From: Myxococcota bacterium
Lineage (GTDB): Bacteria > Myxococcota > UBA4151
Length of the DNA: 64,000 nt
Assembly (NCBI GenBank): GCA_036338695.1
Contig: JAYZBQ010000048.1
Span: 32,001-96,000, forward strand
Reading direction: 5' to 3'
Positions 1 through 8,826 of the stretch are shown here, in pieces. Position numbers and translations under genes: made by a program. Every line of letters begins with the position of its first letter. Positions within the stretch are counted from its first letter, which is position 1. The notes beneath the pieces were generated by a model that was given only the letters and a program-made list of their open reading frames with translations, had not been told where the DNA came from and searched no databases.

Positions 1-281
1 GACTCGAGCTCAGCTTCGATTTGGCGCCGCGTCTTTCCCGCCACCTGAACCTCGCCCGTAACCGGCAGAGAGATGGTCCCATCCTGGCTGACGATCTGGC
101 TCAGTGACAGCTCCTTTTCGCGGTACACTTGGACCTGTACGGAGTCCCCCGGACCAATGAAATGCCGCCGGTTTTCAATCACCTCGCGGATGCTGTCGAT
201 GTCCACGGTTTTCGGAGCCGGCGCGATCGTCCCGCGACACCCACTCAGCGCAAGGACTGACCAAAACCACAAGAGGCGCAT
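1..281 (-). CDS. OPX/Wza-family polysaccharide export lipoprotein (3' end outside window)
   Basis: Not in the ORF track. Manual translation from ATG at 281 gives MRLLWFWSVLALSGC (lipobox) then IGPGDSVQVQVYREKELS..IVSQDGTISLPVTGEVQVAGKTRRQIEAEL, the Poly_export signature. The start overlaps the stop of the upstream barrel gene. Confidence 0.85.
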   Translation of the reverse strand, partial: MRLLWFWSVLALSGCRGTIAPAPKTVDIDSIREVIENRRHFIGPGDSVQVQVYREKELSLSQIVSQDGTISLPVTGEVQVAGKTRRQIEAELE

Positions 282-1564
282 TAGTACTTAGCTTCAAACA
301 CCAACATGGTCAGGTTGCGACCAAAACTCGGATCGATCAGCGAGTCCCCTGCGGCGCCAGCCGACTTGAACTGGCTGTTGGTCGTGAAGTACTCGAACCG
401 GTTCGTCAAACCTGCAACCCACCAGCGCTGCGGCTGCCAAAGCACGTTGATGTCAAACCCTGCGGTGACATCAGCTCGCGCTGTGCCTCCGGCAATTTGA
501 ATAATATCTTGTGAGGTCGTCTGGGCGCCAAAGGTGCGCAGCGACCCCTTGAGCTGGGTCACGACACGCAGTCCGCCGATGAACGTCTCAGCGTAGCGAG
601 CATACGCGCTGTTATCCGCCATGAACCCAAACACGGAGACCGGCAACAACCGGCGCCTAAACCCAAGCCGCCAGGTGGTCTTTCGGCGTTCATCATATCG
701 CAGCTCAGCCTGACCCGACACGGTGTGCGACACCTCGCCACGATCCGAAGTTAGAAACTGACTACCGGAGTAGCCCACCGCCAGAATCGCCGACAAGCGC
801 GGCGAGACCTGACCCATCACACCAATTTCGGAGCTAATCGGGTCGGCATAACCGTTGGCGTCGGGATCGTTGCTGTAGATCGAGGTCGTCCAGTGGTTGT
901 TGAACACAAACTGAGTACGCGGCAAGAATCGCCAATCGAAATCAAGCCGAACGCTCGGGACCGACTTGTTCAGCTCCAGCGCACCATCGCCACCCGAGCT
1001 GTCGTAATTATCAAACGCTACCCCCAAGGCGGGCTTCATACCGAGCGCTCCGCCGCCAGGACGCCACTCGATGAATGCATCGCTCCCGGTCGACCACCGC
1101 CCTTGACGCACACCTAGGTTGAGGGGCTCCGGTTCGTCCAACCGGTTTGCCTTCCCCGCGAGGCCCCAACGCAGCTTCCCCTTGCGGTTCCCAAGCAACT
1201 GCAACGCCGAGCCACCCTTAACGGTCGACAGGTTGGCGGTGGTCACGCCCAACGGACGACTGGGATCGTCCATCAAGCCCAGGTAGTGATGGTAACTGAT
1301 GACATTGTTCATGCGTACGTCGAGCCGATCGGAGGGCACGACAAGCTCAAAGCCACCTTGCATGAGCAAGAAGCCGTCGCCATCTGCGGTGTCACCTGTG
1401 GACCGGTGCGGGTTCGAGTCAAACGCAAAACCCGCCTGCATGAGCGGGTGGGCGCGCGCCTCGGAGGTCAACTTAATACCCCCATCAGCCAACGCCGGGG
1501 CGCTCGCCAACCCGAAGCCTACGACCGCTAATATCAAGCGGTTACGGTTCATCGCTATGAACAA
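281..1564 (-). CDS. Outer-membrane beta-barrel protein, probable partner of the OPX exporter (Wzp/EpsX-like)
   Basis: Signal peptide (ASAPALA), alternating beta-strand pattern, FDSN motif near the N-terminus, C-terminal aromatic residue (VFEAKY), translational coupling to the OPX gene. Confidence 0.7.
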   Translation of the reverse strand: MFIAMNRNRLILAVVGFGLASAPALADGGIKLTSEARAHPLMQAGFAFDSNPHRSTGDTADGDGFLLMQGGFELVVPSDRLDVRMNNVISYHHYLGLMDDPSRPLGVTTANLSTVKGGSALQLLGNRKGKLRWGLAGKANRLDEPEPLNLGVRQGRWSTGSDAFIEWRPGGGALGMKPALGVAFDNYDSSGGDGALELNKSVPSVRLDFDWRFLPRTQFVFNNHWTTSIYSNDPDANGYADPISSEIGVMGQVSPRLSAILAVGYSGSQFLTSDRGEVSHTVSGQAELRYDERRKTTWRLGFRRRLLPVSVFGFMADNSAYARYAETFIGGLRVVTQLKGSLRTFGAQTTSQDIIQIAGGTARADVTAGFDINVLWQPQRWWVAGLTNRFEYFTTNSQFKSAGAAGDSLIDPSFGRNLTMLVFEAKY

Positions 1565-1615
1565 ATCAGAGGCTCCAAGCTCAAGGCAGGAAACAAACTA
1601 CCGGCCACAGGTGTT

Positions 1616-1644
1616 ATTATCGGCCAAAGCGCGATCATCGGCAA
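1616..1644 (-). promoter_or_regulatory. Putative sigma70-type promoter for the barrel/OPX pair
   Basis: Minus strand reads TTGCCG-N17-GATAAT, about 50 nt upstream of the barrel start. Confidence 0.4.
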
Positions 1645-1692
1645 GTGAAATGCTCGCCGGCGCCTCGCCCTTTTGGAGGCATGGCCACGCCA

Positions 1693-2139
1693 TCAGTCGG
1701 CCACTTTTCGTGCCGTCTCGTTCATGGCACGCAAACGCCCGGCTAGATTCTTGGCGATGTTCACGACGAGCCAGGTAAACCCGCCTCGATGCGCTCGAGC
1801 AAACGAATAGATGTTCGCGTGGCTGATCGCGAGCAGGACTGTATCCTCTTTTGCGACCACCTTAGCCGCCCTCGGCTGTTTATCGATCAACGCCATCTCA
1901 CCGACGAAGTCGGGCGCCTCTAGGGTCGCCACCTCGCCGTCACCCACAACAACTGAGAGCCGACCGCTCACGACGACGTACATGGCATCGCCCACATCAC
2001 CGGCCTCGAACAAAACATCACCCGAGCCGAGCTGTCGATGAACCGCCAGGTCGGCCAGATACTGTTTCTCGAGCGACATCAAATCATTGAAGAGCGGCGA
2101 GGCTTGCAGCGCTTCTACGCGATCGTAGGTCTCTGTCAT
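1693..2139 (-). CDS. Stand-alone cyclic-nucleotide-binding domain protein
   Basis: LFEAGDVGDAMYVVVSG and FVGEMALIDKQPRAAKVVA motifs; no HTH domain. Confidence 0.85.
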   Translation of the reverse strand: MTETYDRVEALQASPLFNDLMSLEKQYLADLAVHRQLGSGDVLFEAGDVGDAMYVVVSGRLSVVVGDGEVATLEAPDFVGEMALIDKQPRAAKVVAKEDTVLLAISHANIYSFARAHRGGFTWLVVNIAKNLAGRLRAMNETARKVAD

Positions 2140-3062
2140 GCAACCTCCTCAAAAAATCGCGAAAGACGCTCATCTTCTTCATCCGGCGCGCCGGCGACGC
2201 GAATCGGCTCGAGGTATTTAACGCCTCTCTCCGTCTCGCATTGGTAGATCTGTCCACTCGTTACTTCAATGTTGTAATCGGTCTGGTTGGTGACAAGCGC
2301 CAACACCAACGCCATCTTGGAGTCGTCACCGACCGGCCAATAAAGGAAGTTCTCGTGGCAAACGCATGAAAACCAATCGCGCGCAGCCGCTCTTAGATCC
2401 GCTAACTGAACCTGAACAGCCGCGAGCTCTTCACGCTCATCGGCGAGCTCTTCAGAGGCCGCAGCCTCACGCTTTTGCAACTCCTCGACCCGCGCCATCA
2501 AGTGACTGTAACGCTGCGCCAAGCGTTTGGAACGCACCTCAATCTCGGGCACCATGAGCGTTTGTTCAGCCACCTGCATCCAGAGTAATTCTTCCTCATG
2601 CCAGAGCGCCTCTTTACGCTCGTTCCTCGCTGCGTATTGGGCGCGCAGTTTCTTGAGCTCGCCTTGATACCGCGCTCGAGCGCGCACGCGACTCGCCTCG
2701 TCCGGGTGATCATCACAGCGATGCTCGATGGCTGTTATCCGGACCCAAAGCTCGGTCACCTCATCGCGCACGCGCTCAAAGTCGGCGAGACGATCGAAGG
2801 CTTGGTTCTCAAGCTGGGCGATTTGAATGCGCAGATTATGGCACGTGTTCTCGAGGTCTGCCGAGCGAAGGAGTGCCTCTTCGGCTTGTTCCTGCCAGTA
2901 ACTAGAGCGGAACGATGCCTCGGCACACGCCTCCGCAGCGCGCTCGATGCCCGCCTCGAGAAGCTCGAGACGGTGATTCAAACCGCTCAACTCGGCGAAC
3001 CAGCTCTTAAACTGCTCCGTCTGCAGAAGGGCTTCGATACCAGCCCGATCCAACCGCTGCAC
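2136..3062 (-). CDS. Cytoplasmic coiled-coil protein of unknown function
   Basis: E/R/L/A-rich heptads over about 220 aa plus a small C-terminal beta domain. Starts 2 nt after the gltG-like stop and has an ATGA overlap with the cNMP gene. Confidence 0.65.
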   Translation of the reverse strand: MQRLDRAGIEALLQTEQFKSWFAELSGLNHRLELLEAGIERAAEACAEASFRSSYWQEQAEEALLRSADLENTCHNLRIQIAQLENQAFDRLADFERVRDEVTELWVRITAIEHRCDDHPDEASRVRARARYQGELKKLRAQYAARNERKEALWHEEELLWMQVAEQTLMVPEIEVRSKRLAQRYSHLMARVEELQKREAAASEELADEREELAAVQVQLADLRAAARDWFSCVCHENFLYWPVGDDSKMALVLALVTNQTDYNIEVTSGQIYQCETERGVKYLEPIRVAGAPDEEDERLSRFFEEVA

Positions 3063-3064
3063 AA

Positions 3065-4426
3065 CTACCCACTCGAGGCAAAGACGAAGGGATACGAGAA
3101 GGTTGCTTCTCCGCCCTCGGGCTTCGGAAACCGAATCGATCGCATTTTGCCTTTGATGCAGTTCGCCACGGCATTGTTCAGGGCGTTGTCGGCGACGAAG
3201 ATATCCGCGACACGTCCGTTCTCGCCGACGGTCACCTCGAGGACCAGCTTACCCTTGAGCGACGGGTTCCGTTTCAACTCACGCTCATAGCAAGCCTGGA
3301 ACGCACGCTTTCGAGCACGGATTTTCCGAGCGACGGACTTACCGTCCAGGTTGCCGTCGTCGATCTTCGGCTTGCTCATCTTCATGCGTACCCGAATCTT
3401 CGGACCTTTACGCTTGGCGATCTTACCACCGCCGCCGCCAACGGCCACGCCGCCGACCTCGCCGATACCGACCGGACCACCACCACCTGAGCCACCACGA
3501 ACGGCGGGACCACCGGGGCCGCCGTCAGCAGCAGCGATCCCTGCACCACCGGACGCTGCGAGCGCTGCGCTCACGTCCGTGCGCGGGTCTCCGTCCGCCT
3601 GAAAGACAACGCCGGCGCCGCCGCCACTGGTCGCAATAGCGAGCGCCTTGAACACAGCGTTCTGCTTGACCGCTTCGCGAGCCTGCTCACGACGAGCTGC
3701 CTTCTGAGCCGATGTCTGAGGCTTCTTCTTCGGCTTGGCTTCCGCCTTCTTCTCAGCCGGTTTTTCCGCCTTCTTTTCCGATGGCTTCTTCTCGCCATCC
3801 TTTTTCGGCTTTTCCTTCTTCTTCTCTTTCGGTGGTTCCACCTTCGGCGGCTTCTTGATGATCATCTTCGCAAAGCGATCCGGAAGCTCGGTCAGCTTAC
3901 GCTTCGGAGGAGGTGGTGCGTTCATCGCACCGATGACACCACCCGTGTGGAGCAACGCTGAGACCACAAGACAAATCCAAAAGATTCGATCCAGGCGCTG
4001 CAGCGGCGGCATGTACGTCGAATCCGACAGCTTCGCAGGGACTGCATCTGCCGGCGCATCAACGAACTGGAAGATGACACGCACACCGCCGCCACCTAAC
4101 TCAACAGCGCCCTTAGAGGCTTCGCTGAGCACCATCTGGTATTCATTACCGCGCTTACGTACACCGGTCTGCTGGCGAGCCGTCTCAAAGTCCAGTTGCC
4201 CGCCACCGACGTTCACCTTACCGGTCATTTTTTCGGTAAAGTTCAGACAGTACTTACCCCCCACAACCTCGAAAAGGTTGTAGGTATCCGGCAATCCCTC
4301 ACCCGAAACACGCAGCGTGTTCGATGAAGCCGTGCCGACCGTGACCGACGTCCGGCTACTGATCAGCTTCTGCTCAAGGATCTTTTTACCTTGAGTGACG
4401 GCTACCTTGAGAACCTTCGTGCTCAT
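3065..4426 (-). CDS. GltG/AgmX-PglI-like TonB-type energy transducer
   Basis: Likely start MSTKVLKVAV at 4426. N-terminal FHA-like beta region, one TM helix (FWICLVVSALLH), Lys/Pro-rich then Gly-rich linker, C-terminal TonB_C-like domain (FQACYERELKRNPSLKGKLVLEVTVGENGRV..IRFPKP..FSYPFVF). Confidence 0.8.
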   Translation of the reverse strand: MSTKVLKVAVTQGKKILEQKLISSRTSVTVGTASSNTLRVSGEGLPDTYNLFEVVGGKYCLNFTEKMTGKVNVGGGQLDFETARQQTGVRKRGNEYQMVLSEASKGAVELGGGGVRVIFQFVDAPADAVPAKLSDSTYMPPLQRLDRIFWICLVVSALLHTGGVIGAMNAPPPPKRKLTELPDRFAKMIIKKPPKVEPPKEKKKEKPKKDGEKKPSEKKAEKPAEKKAEAKPKKKPQTSAQKAARREQAREAVKQNAVFKALAIATSGGGAGVVFQADGDPRTDVSAALAASGGAGIAAADGGPGGPAVRGGSGGGGPVGIGEVGGVAVGGGGGKIAKRKGPKIRVRMKMSKPKIDDGNLDGKSVARKIRARKRAFQACYERELKRNPSLKGKLVLEVTVGENGRVADIFVADNALNNAVANCIKGKMRSIRFPKPEGGEATFSYPFVFASSG

Positions 4427-4457
4427 AGATGGCGTCGCCTTTCTCTCTGGTGGGCGA

Positions 4458-5060
4458 TCAGCCCGCAGCCTTGATGACAGCGAATCGGAAGTTACCGTAT
4501 TCGGCATCGCCAGCAGTCATGAGGATATCGCGCAGGACCTTGTAGGGCAGGTCCTTGTCGCAGATAAGGATCAGCTCGCCTTTAAAGCTCACGTCCGTGT
4601 TCACCTGAGCGAGCTTACGCTGCTTCTCAGCCTGATCCCGAAGTGCCTGCGAGAGCGGCGCAATGATGTGACCAGCGACCTGGTCCGACGGGACCTCGCC
4701 CTTATCGTCGAACTTCATCGTCTCGACACCATCGACGGTGATACCCTTCTTGTCGATGATCACCGGCAGGGCGTCCTTCGGGCTCAACTGAGCTGCCGAC
4801 GCAGCCAACTTCAAGCTCGCACTCTGGGTAACCGACACCGGATTGGTCGAGTAGCTCTTCAGGAGGAACACTAGGATGATGAACAAGGCGTCGAGAAGCG
4901 ACGTAATGTTCGGCATGGGGACTTCTTCGTCCTCCATACCTCCGCCTTTTTTCTTTTTCTTCACAGGCGGCTGATCATCACCCCAGCCAGGATAGGCGCC
5001 GTCGACAGACTCGACAGCGCTCTGCTCTTCAACCGACTCGACGTTCTGCTCTTCGGTCAT
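4458..5060 (-). CDS. ExbD/TolR-family motor subunit (AglS-like)
   Basis: NITSLLDALFIILVFLLKS TM helix with the conserved Asp; C-terminal ILICDKDLPYKVLRDILMTAG. Confidence 0.85.
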   Translation of the reverse strand: MTEEQNVESVEEQSAVESVDGAYPGWGDDQPPVKKKKKGGGMEDEEVPMPNITSLLDALFIILVFLLKSYSTNPVSVTQSASLKLAASAAQLSPKDALPVIIDKKGITVDGVETMKFDDKGEVPSDQVAGHIIAPLSQALRDQAEKQRKLAQVNTDVSFKGELILICDKDLPYKVLRDILMTAGDAEYGNFRFAVIKAAG

Positions 5061-5079
5061 GAATCACCTTCCCTTCGGG

Positions 5080-5850
5080 CTACTGAAAGCCCGGCGAGAG
5101 GACCACGTCAGGGAACAACTCTTTGGTCTCCCCGCTCTCGGTCTTCATATCACGAGCGATGTCCATCACACCGACGACGACCTCAAACGGGATCCCTTCG
5201 TCAGCCATGATCATCACTTTACGCTCCTGCTCAGCGCCCGCCTTCAACTTAGCGAGGTGCTTACGCAAGCCAACGTAGTCGTAGTTTTGGTAGTTGCAGT
5301 CAGTCGCTTCGCCTTTACAAACATCCACATCCGGCTTGCCGTCTTGATCACAGTCCTTACGGCTGCCGCCGTTGGTGTCCATGTTCTTCGCGAGGCGCTC
5401 GGGGTACGGAAGATCGTGAGCAGCGCTGCCGTCGGTTCGACACGCCGCCAGAAGCGGCAACGTGCAAGCCGGGGGCGCCGGTGTAGCGGTCTTATCGACA
5501 CATTCGTGCGAGAAACGGGTCGTCGCTACCGTCGGCTTACCACCAGCGCCTGGGCCGTTCGCTGCGCCACCTTCGGCGCGCACGCCGCCCGGCCCGAGGC
5601 AACCACCGTAAGCGCAAATCTTAAAACCACCGTCACTCACCACAACCGTGAGGTTCAGCTTCGGCTTATCATCCTTCGGGGTATCGTCCGAGCTCGGACC
5701 CGACGCCACCTTCGGCGCACTGACGTTAATGATCGCCACCTCGAAGAAGGCTGATGCCATCAACAAGAAGGGAATCAGCAGCATCACGAGGTTCATCACC
5801 GGAACCAGGTTTGGCTCAGGGACTTCTTCCTTGATCTTTTTGCGTGCCAC
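5080..5850 (-). CDS. ExbD/TolR-family motor subunit (AglQ-like) with Cys-rich insertion
   Basis: EPNLVPVMNLVMLLIPFLL TM helix; C-terminal IMADEGIPFEVVVGVMDIAR..LFPDVVL. Confidence 0.8.
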   Translation of the reverse strand: MARKKIKEEVPEPNLVPVMNLVMLLIPFLLMASAFFEVAIINVSAPKVASGPSSDDTPKDDKPKLNLTVVVSDGGFKICAYGGCLGPGGVRAEGGAANGPGAGGKPTVATTRFSHECVDKTATPAPPACTLPLLAACRTDGSAAHDLPYPERLAKNMDTNGGSRKDCDQDGKPDVDVCKGEATDCNYQNYDYVGLRKHLAKLKAGAEQERKVMIMADEGIPFEVVVGVMDIARDMKTESGETKELFPDVVLSPGFQ

Positions 5851-5927
5851 GCTGTCACTCCAACTAATTCAAACAACCAAGGCGGACGCGCGCTGCCACA
5901 CAGCGCACGCCAGCCTGCGCGACCGGA

Positions 5928-6578
5928 TTACCGGTTCAGCGGGTTGGTACCACCCTGACCACGAAGGACCAGCATGTTGACGAGCTTGATGCTGTACTGA
6001 TCGATCTCGTCCATGATCTTCTTGACCAAGGTGTTGAGGATCAAGCTCAAGAACATCGTCGGAATTGCGACCATCAGACCGAAAGCGGTCGTGTTCATCG
6101 CAATAGCGATCGCGCCGGCGAGCATTTCCTGCTTTTGGTCCGGAGCTGCCTTCGCCACTGCGGCGAACGCCTCGATCATCCCGATAATCGTACCCAAGAG
6201 ACCCAGCATGGTCGCCAACGACGCCAGGGTCGGGAGCCACGCCATACGCTTGCTGATGAGCGGGGTCATTTCGAGGACCATCTCTTCCACAGCGTTGGTG
6301 ATCTCTTGCTCACCCTTGTTGGCACGCGTGAGCCCGGACTTCACAATCCGCGGCAGCGCTGCGTGCTGCTCAGCGTTGCAGAGCTTGATCGCTCGGTCCA
6401 CGCTGTTCTCCATGATCAGCTTTTGAATCTGACCCATGAAGCTGTGAGCATTAAGGTTGTAACGGAACCAGAGGAAATAAATCCGCTCCGCAACCACCGC
6501 GACCACCACCACCGACACGAATGCGATGGGGTGCATCCAGGTACCACCGTTTTTGTAAAACTCGGCAACTACCGACAT
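5928..6578 (-). CDS. MotA/TolQ/ExbB proton channel (AglR-like)
   Basis: LATMLGLLGTIIGMIEAF and AIAIAMNTTAFGLMVAIP motifs; AGGAGG RBS upstream. Confidence 0.9.
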   Translation of the reverse strand: MSVVAEFYKNGGTWMHPIAFVSVVVVAVVAERIYFLWFRYNLNAHSFMGQIQKLIMENSVDRAIKLCNAEQHAALPRIVKSGLTRANKGEQEITNAVEEMVLEMTPLISKRMAWLPTLASLATMLGLLGTIIGMIEAFAAVAKAAPDQKQEMLAGAIAIAMNTTAFGLMVAIPTMFLSLILNTLVKKIMDEIDQYSIKLVNMLVLRGQGGTNPLNR

Positions 6579-6679
6579 GAGAACCTCCTGTACTTCTCTT
6601 GTCCTTGACGACCCACTAATTGGGTCATTCTATTATCAGGAAAGGGTTGTTAGTTAACTTTCTTTTGTGTGGCAAGCCG

Positions 6680-6934
6680 TCAAAGGGGCGGTTTGCGCAT
6701 ACTTTCTAAGAGCTTGGGAATAAGACTTCGCTTCAACTGCAACCCCTTGAGGTTGAGCTTGCTGCGCTGAAGGATATACATCGCCTGCGGTCGCTGGATT
6801 TTACCAGTAATCTCAAACGCTTCTGAGATGACCAACTTTTTAGCAAACGCAACGTTCGAACTGAGCAAGAGGCCGGCCACGATGACTAGGCCAGCCCACC
6901 GTGATCGCCACCAACTCGCTCGTTTCGACTGCAC
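6680..6934 (-). CDS. GltF/CglF-like small periplasmic protein
   Basis: Signal peptide ending NVAFA, then EITGKIQRPQAMYILQRS..SLIPKLLES. Probable GTG start at 6934 behind GGAG (the ORF track starts at 7006). Confidence 0.65.
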   Translation of the reverse strand: MQSKRASWWRSRWAGLVIVAGLLLSSNVAFAKKLVISEAFEITGKIQRPQAMYILQRSKLNLKGLQLKRSLIPKLLESMRKPPL

Positions 6935-7008
6935 TGAGATCTCCACGCTCGCATGGTACACAGCGCGGGATGCAACGCAAGGGTCGAAACTGGTAAGACG
7001 CTTCATGA

Positions 7009-8826
7009 TTACTTTTCTTCCCGCTCTGAGCCATCAGAAGCAGGCGCGTCATCAGCGGAGGACTCGGACTCACCTGCGATCACGCCGGGCTCGGCCTCAG
7101 CCGCCTCTTTACCGGACTTCTCTTCCGACTTCTCTTCCGACTTCTCTTCCGACTTCGTCTCTGGAGCTACTGCTTCAGCCGGAGCGCCTTCAGCCGGAGC
7201 GCCTTCAGCCGGAGCACCTTCAGCCGGAGCACCTTCAGCCGGGGCGCCTTCAGTCGGGGCGCCTTCAGCCGCCGCTGCTTCAGCTGCTGCCTTAGCCTCT
7301 GCCTCCCGCTTCTTGCGCTCGCGCTCCATTCGCTTCTTGCGCCGCTCAGCCTTCTTCTTCTCACGAGCCGCGCGCTTAATGTTCCGCTCGCGCTTCTTGG
7401 TCTCACTGCGGATCGCTTTGTTTGCGGCGCGCACCTGCTTCTCGACCTCAATCTCTCGCTCATTGTCGAGCTCAGCGTTCTTGCGGAAACGCTCGAGGTA
7501 AATCGAAGCCTGGCGCAAGCGCTGGAGCTTATCGATCATCGTCTTATCCACGTGCTTGAGCGCAACGCCATCGAACAGATCCGACCCGACTTCTTGCTTC
7601 ATGTCATCGATGGAGACGTCCGGGCAAAGCTCCTGACCTTCGACCCTTTTAAAGTCGTGATCTAGGTAGAGGATGCCCAAGTTATACAACACGGCGTGAC
7701 GGTCAGGGTAGTCACTCAAGATCTTGAGAAACGTCGTACGGCTCGCCGCATAATCGCCCTTATCACGTTCGGCGACCGCTTTGAGCATCCAACCCTCGAC
7801 CAAGTCAGGTCGAAGCACCGTGGCGCGCCGACTCAGCGTAAACGCCTTTTGAGGGTTGCCGTTCTCAAGCAAGACGCGCGCGTAGTTGATCAACACCTCA
7901 GGCTTGTCCGGCAGACCGGCCGCTGCTTTGGCCAAGTACCCTTGCGCCCGCCGAACGCGCGCCTCGGCGGTGAGTTTTTGAGCGCCTTTTGCGTATTTCA
8001 GATAAGCCAGCGCCGCGAGGTAATTGGTCATGCCGTTGGCTTCTTCACCCGGCACCTTCAAGGCATTACCGAGCACCAACAAACACAGACCCATCTTCTC
8101 GCGCTTACAAAACGACCAGCCCAACACCTGCATCGCAGCGACGTTGACCTCGTCTTTTTTCAGGGTCTTCATCGACAGGGAGGCAGCCTCTTCATAGCGA
8201 CCCAACTCCAGCAACATGCGACCATAAGCATTGCGAAGATCAAGGACGCGGGGGTGCGCATCCATCGCCTGCTTCAAGAGCGACTCTGCGCCCTCTTTGT
8301 CGCCGTCATTGTACTTCGCCCACGCCAGCGCCTCGGTGGCGCCGTGAAACAACATCCCAAAGCGGTCATGCACCTGCTGCAACCGCGCCAATCCGCCCTC
8401 TTTGTCACCGCGCCGCAGACGACACAGCGCAGCATTGTAGGGCGCAAAGTAGAAATCAGGCGCCGCCGCAGCGATCGCATCAAACTCGGTCTCAGCTGCC
8501 TGCGGGTCGTCAAGCGCTTGCTTGAGCGCCGCCTCAAACCGCGCCTTAAGCGCCTCGTCAGCGAGCAACGGTTCGACCAGACGCCCCGCATCCACAGACC
8601 CGGCGTCCGGAGCCACTGCGCCCGCATCAACGGCGGCGTCAACGACCACCACAACGCCCGCATCAGCCGGCGCCGCATCCGCTGAGACCGCGGCATCGAC
8701 CACCGGCGCAGGGCCCGCCTCCGGCTCCATCACCGGCGCATCGTCAAATTGTACAGGCTCTGGCTCGACCGTCTTGGGCGACGCGCAGGAGACACAGAGG
8801 ATCAGGACCCAATAGTTCGATCTCAT
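7009..8826 (-). CDS. TPR lipoprotein (GltE/AglT-like)
   Basis: Lipobox-like CVSC, several TPRs (VLYNLGILYLD), charged helix, low-complexity acidic tail. Confidence 0.75.
   Translation of the reverse strand: MRSNYWVLILCVSCASPKTVEPEPVQFDDAPVMEPEAGPAPVVDAAVSADAAPADAGVVVVVDAAVDAGAVAPDAGSVDAGRLVEPLLADEALKARFEAALKQALDDPQAAETEFDAIAAAAPDFYFAPYNAALCRLRRGDKEGGLARLQQVHDRFGMLFHGATEALAWAKYNDGDKEGAESLLKQAMDAHPRVLDLRNAYGRMLLELGRYEEAASLSMKTLKKDEVNVAAMQVLGWSFCKREKMGLCLLVLGNALKVPGEEANGMTNYLAALAYLKYAKGAQKLTAEARVRRAQGYLAKAAAGLPDKPEVLINYARVLLENGNPQKAFTLSRRATVLRPDLVEGWMLKAVAERDKGDYAASRTTFLKILSDYPDRHAVLYNLGILYLDHDFKRVEGQELCPDVSIDDMKQEVGSDLFDGVALKHVDKTMIDKLQRLRQASIYLERFRKNAELDNEREIEVEKQVRAANKAIRSETKKRERNIKRAAREKKKAERRKKRMERERKKREAEAKAAAEAAAAEGAPTEGAPAEGAPAEGAPAEGAPAEGAPAEAVAPETKSEEKSEEKSEEKSGKEAAEAEPGVIAGESESSADDAPASDGSEREEK
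7115..7156. repeat. 12-bp in-frame tandem repeat (GACTTCTCTTCC x3.5, encodes SEEK)
   Basis: Read directly from the sequence. Confidence 0.9.
7173..7271. repeat. 15-bp in-frame tandem repeat (CTTCAGCCGGAGCGC-like x6.5, encodes GAPAE)
   Basis: Read directly from the sequence. Confidence 0.9.
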
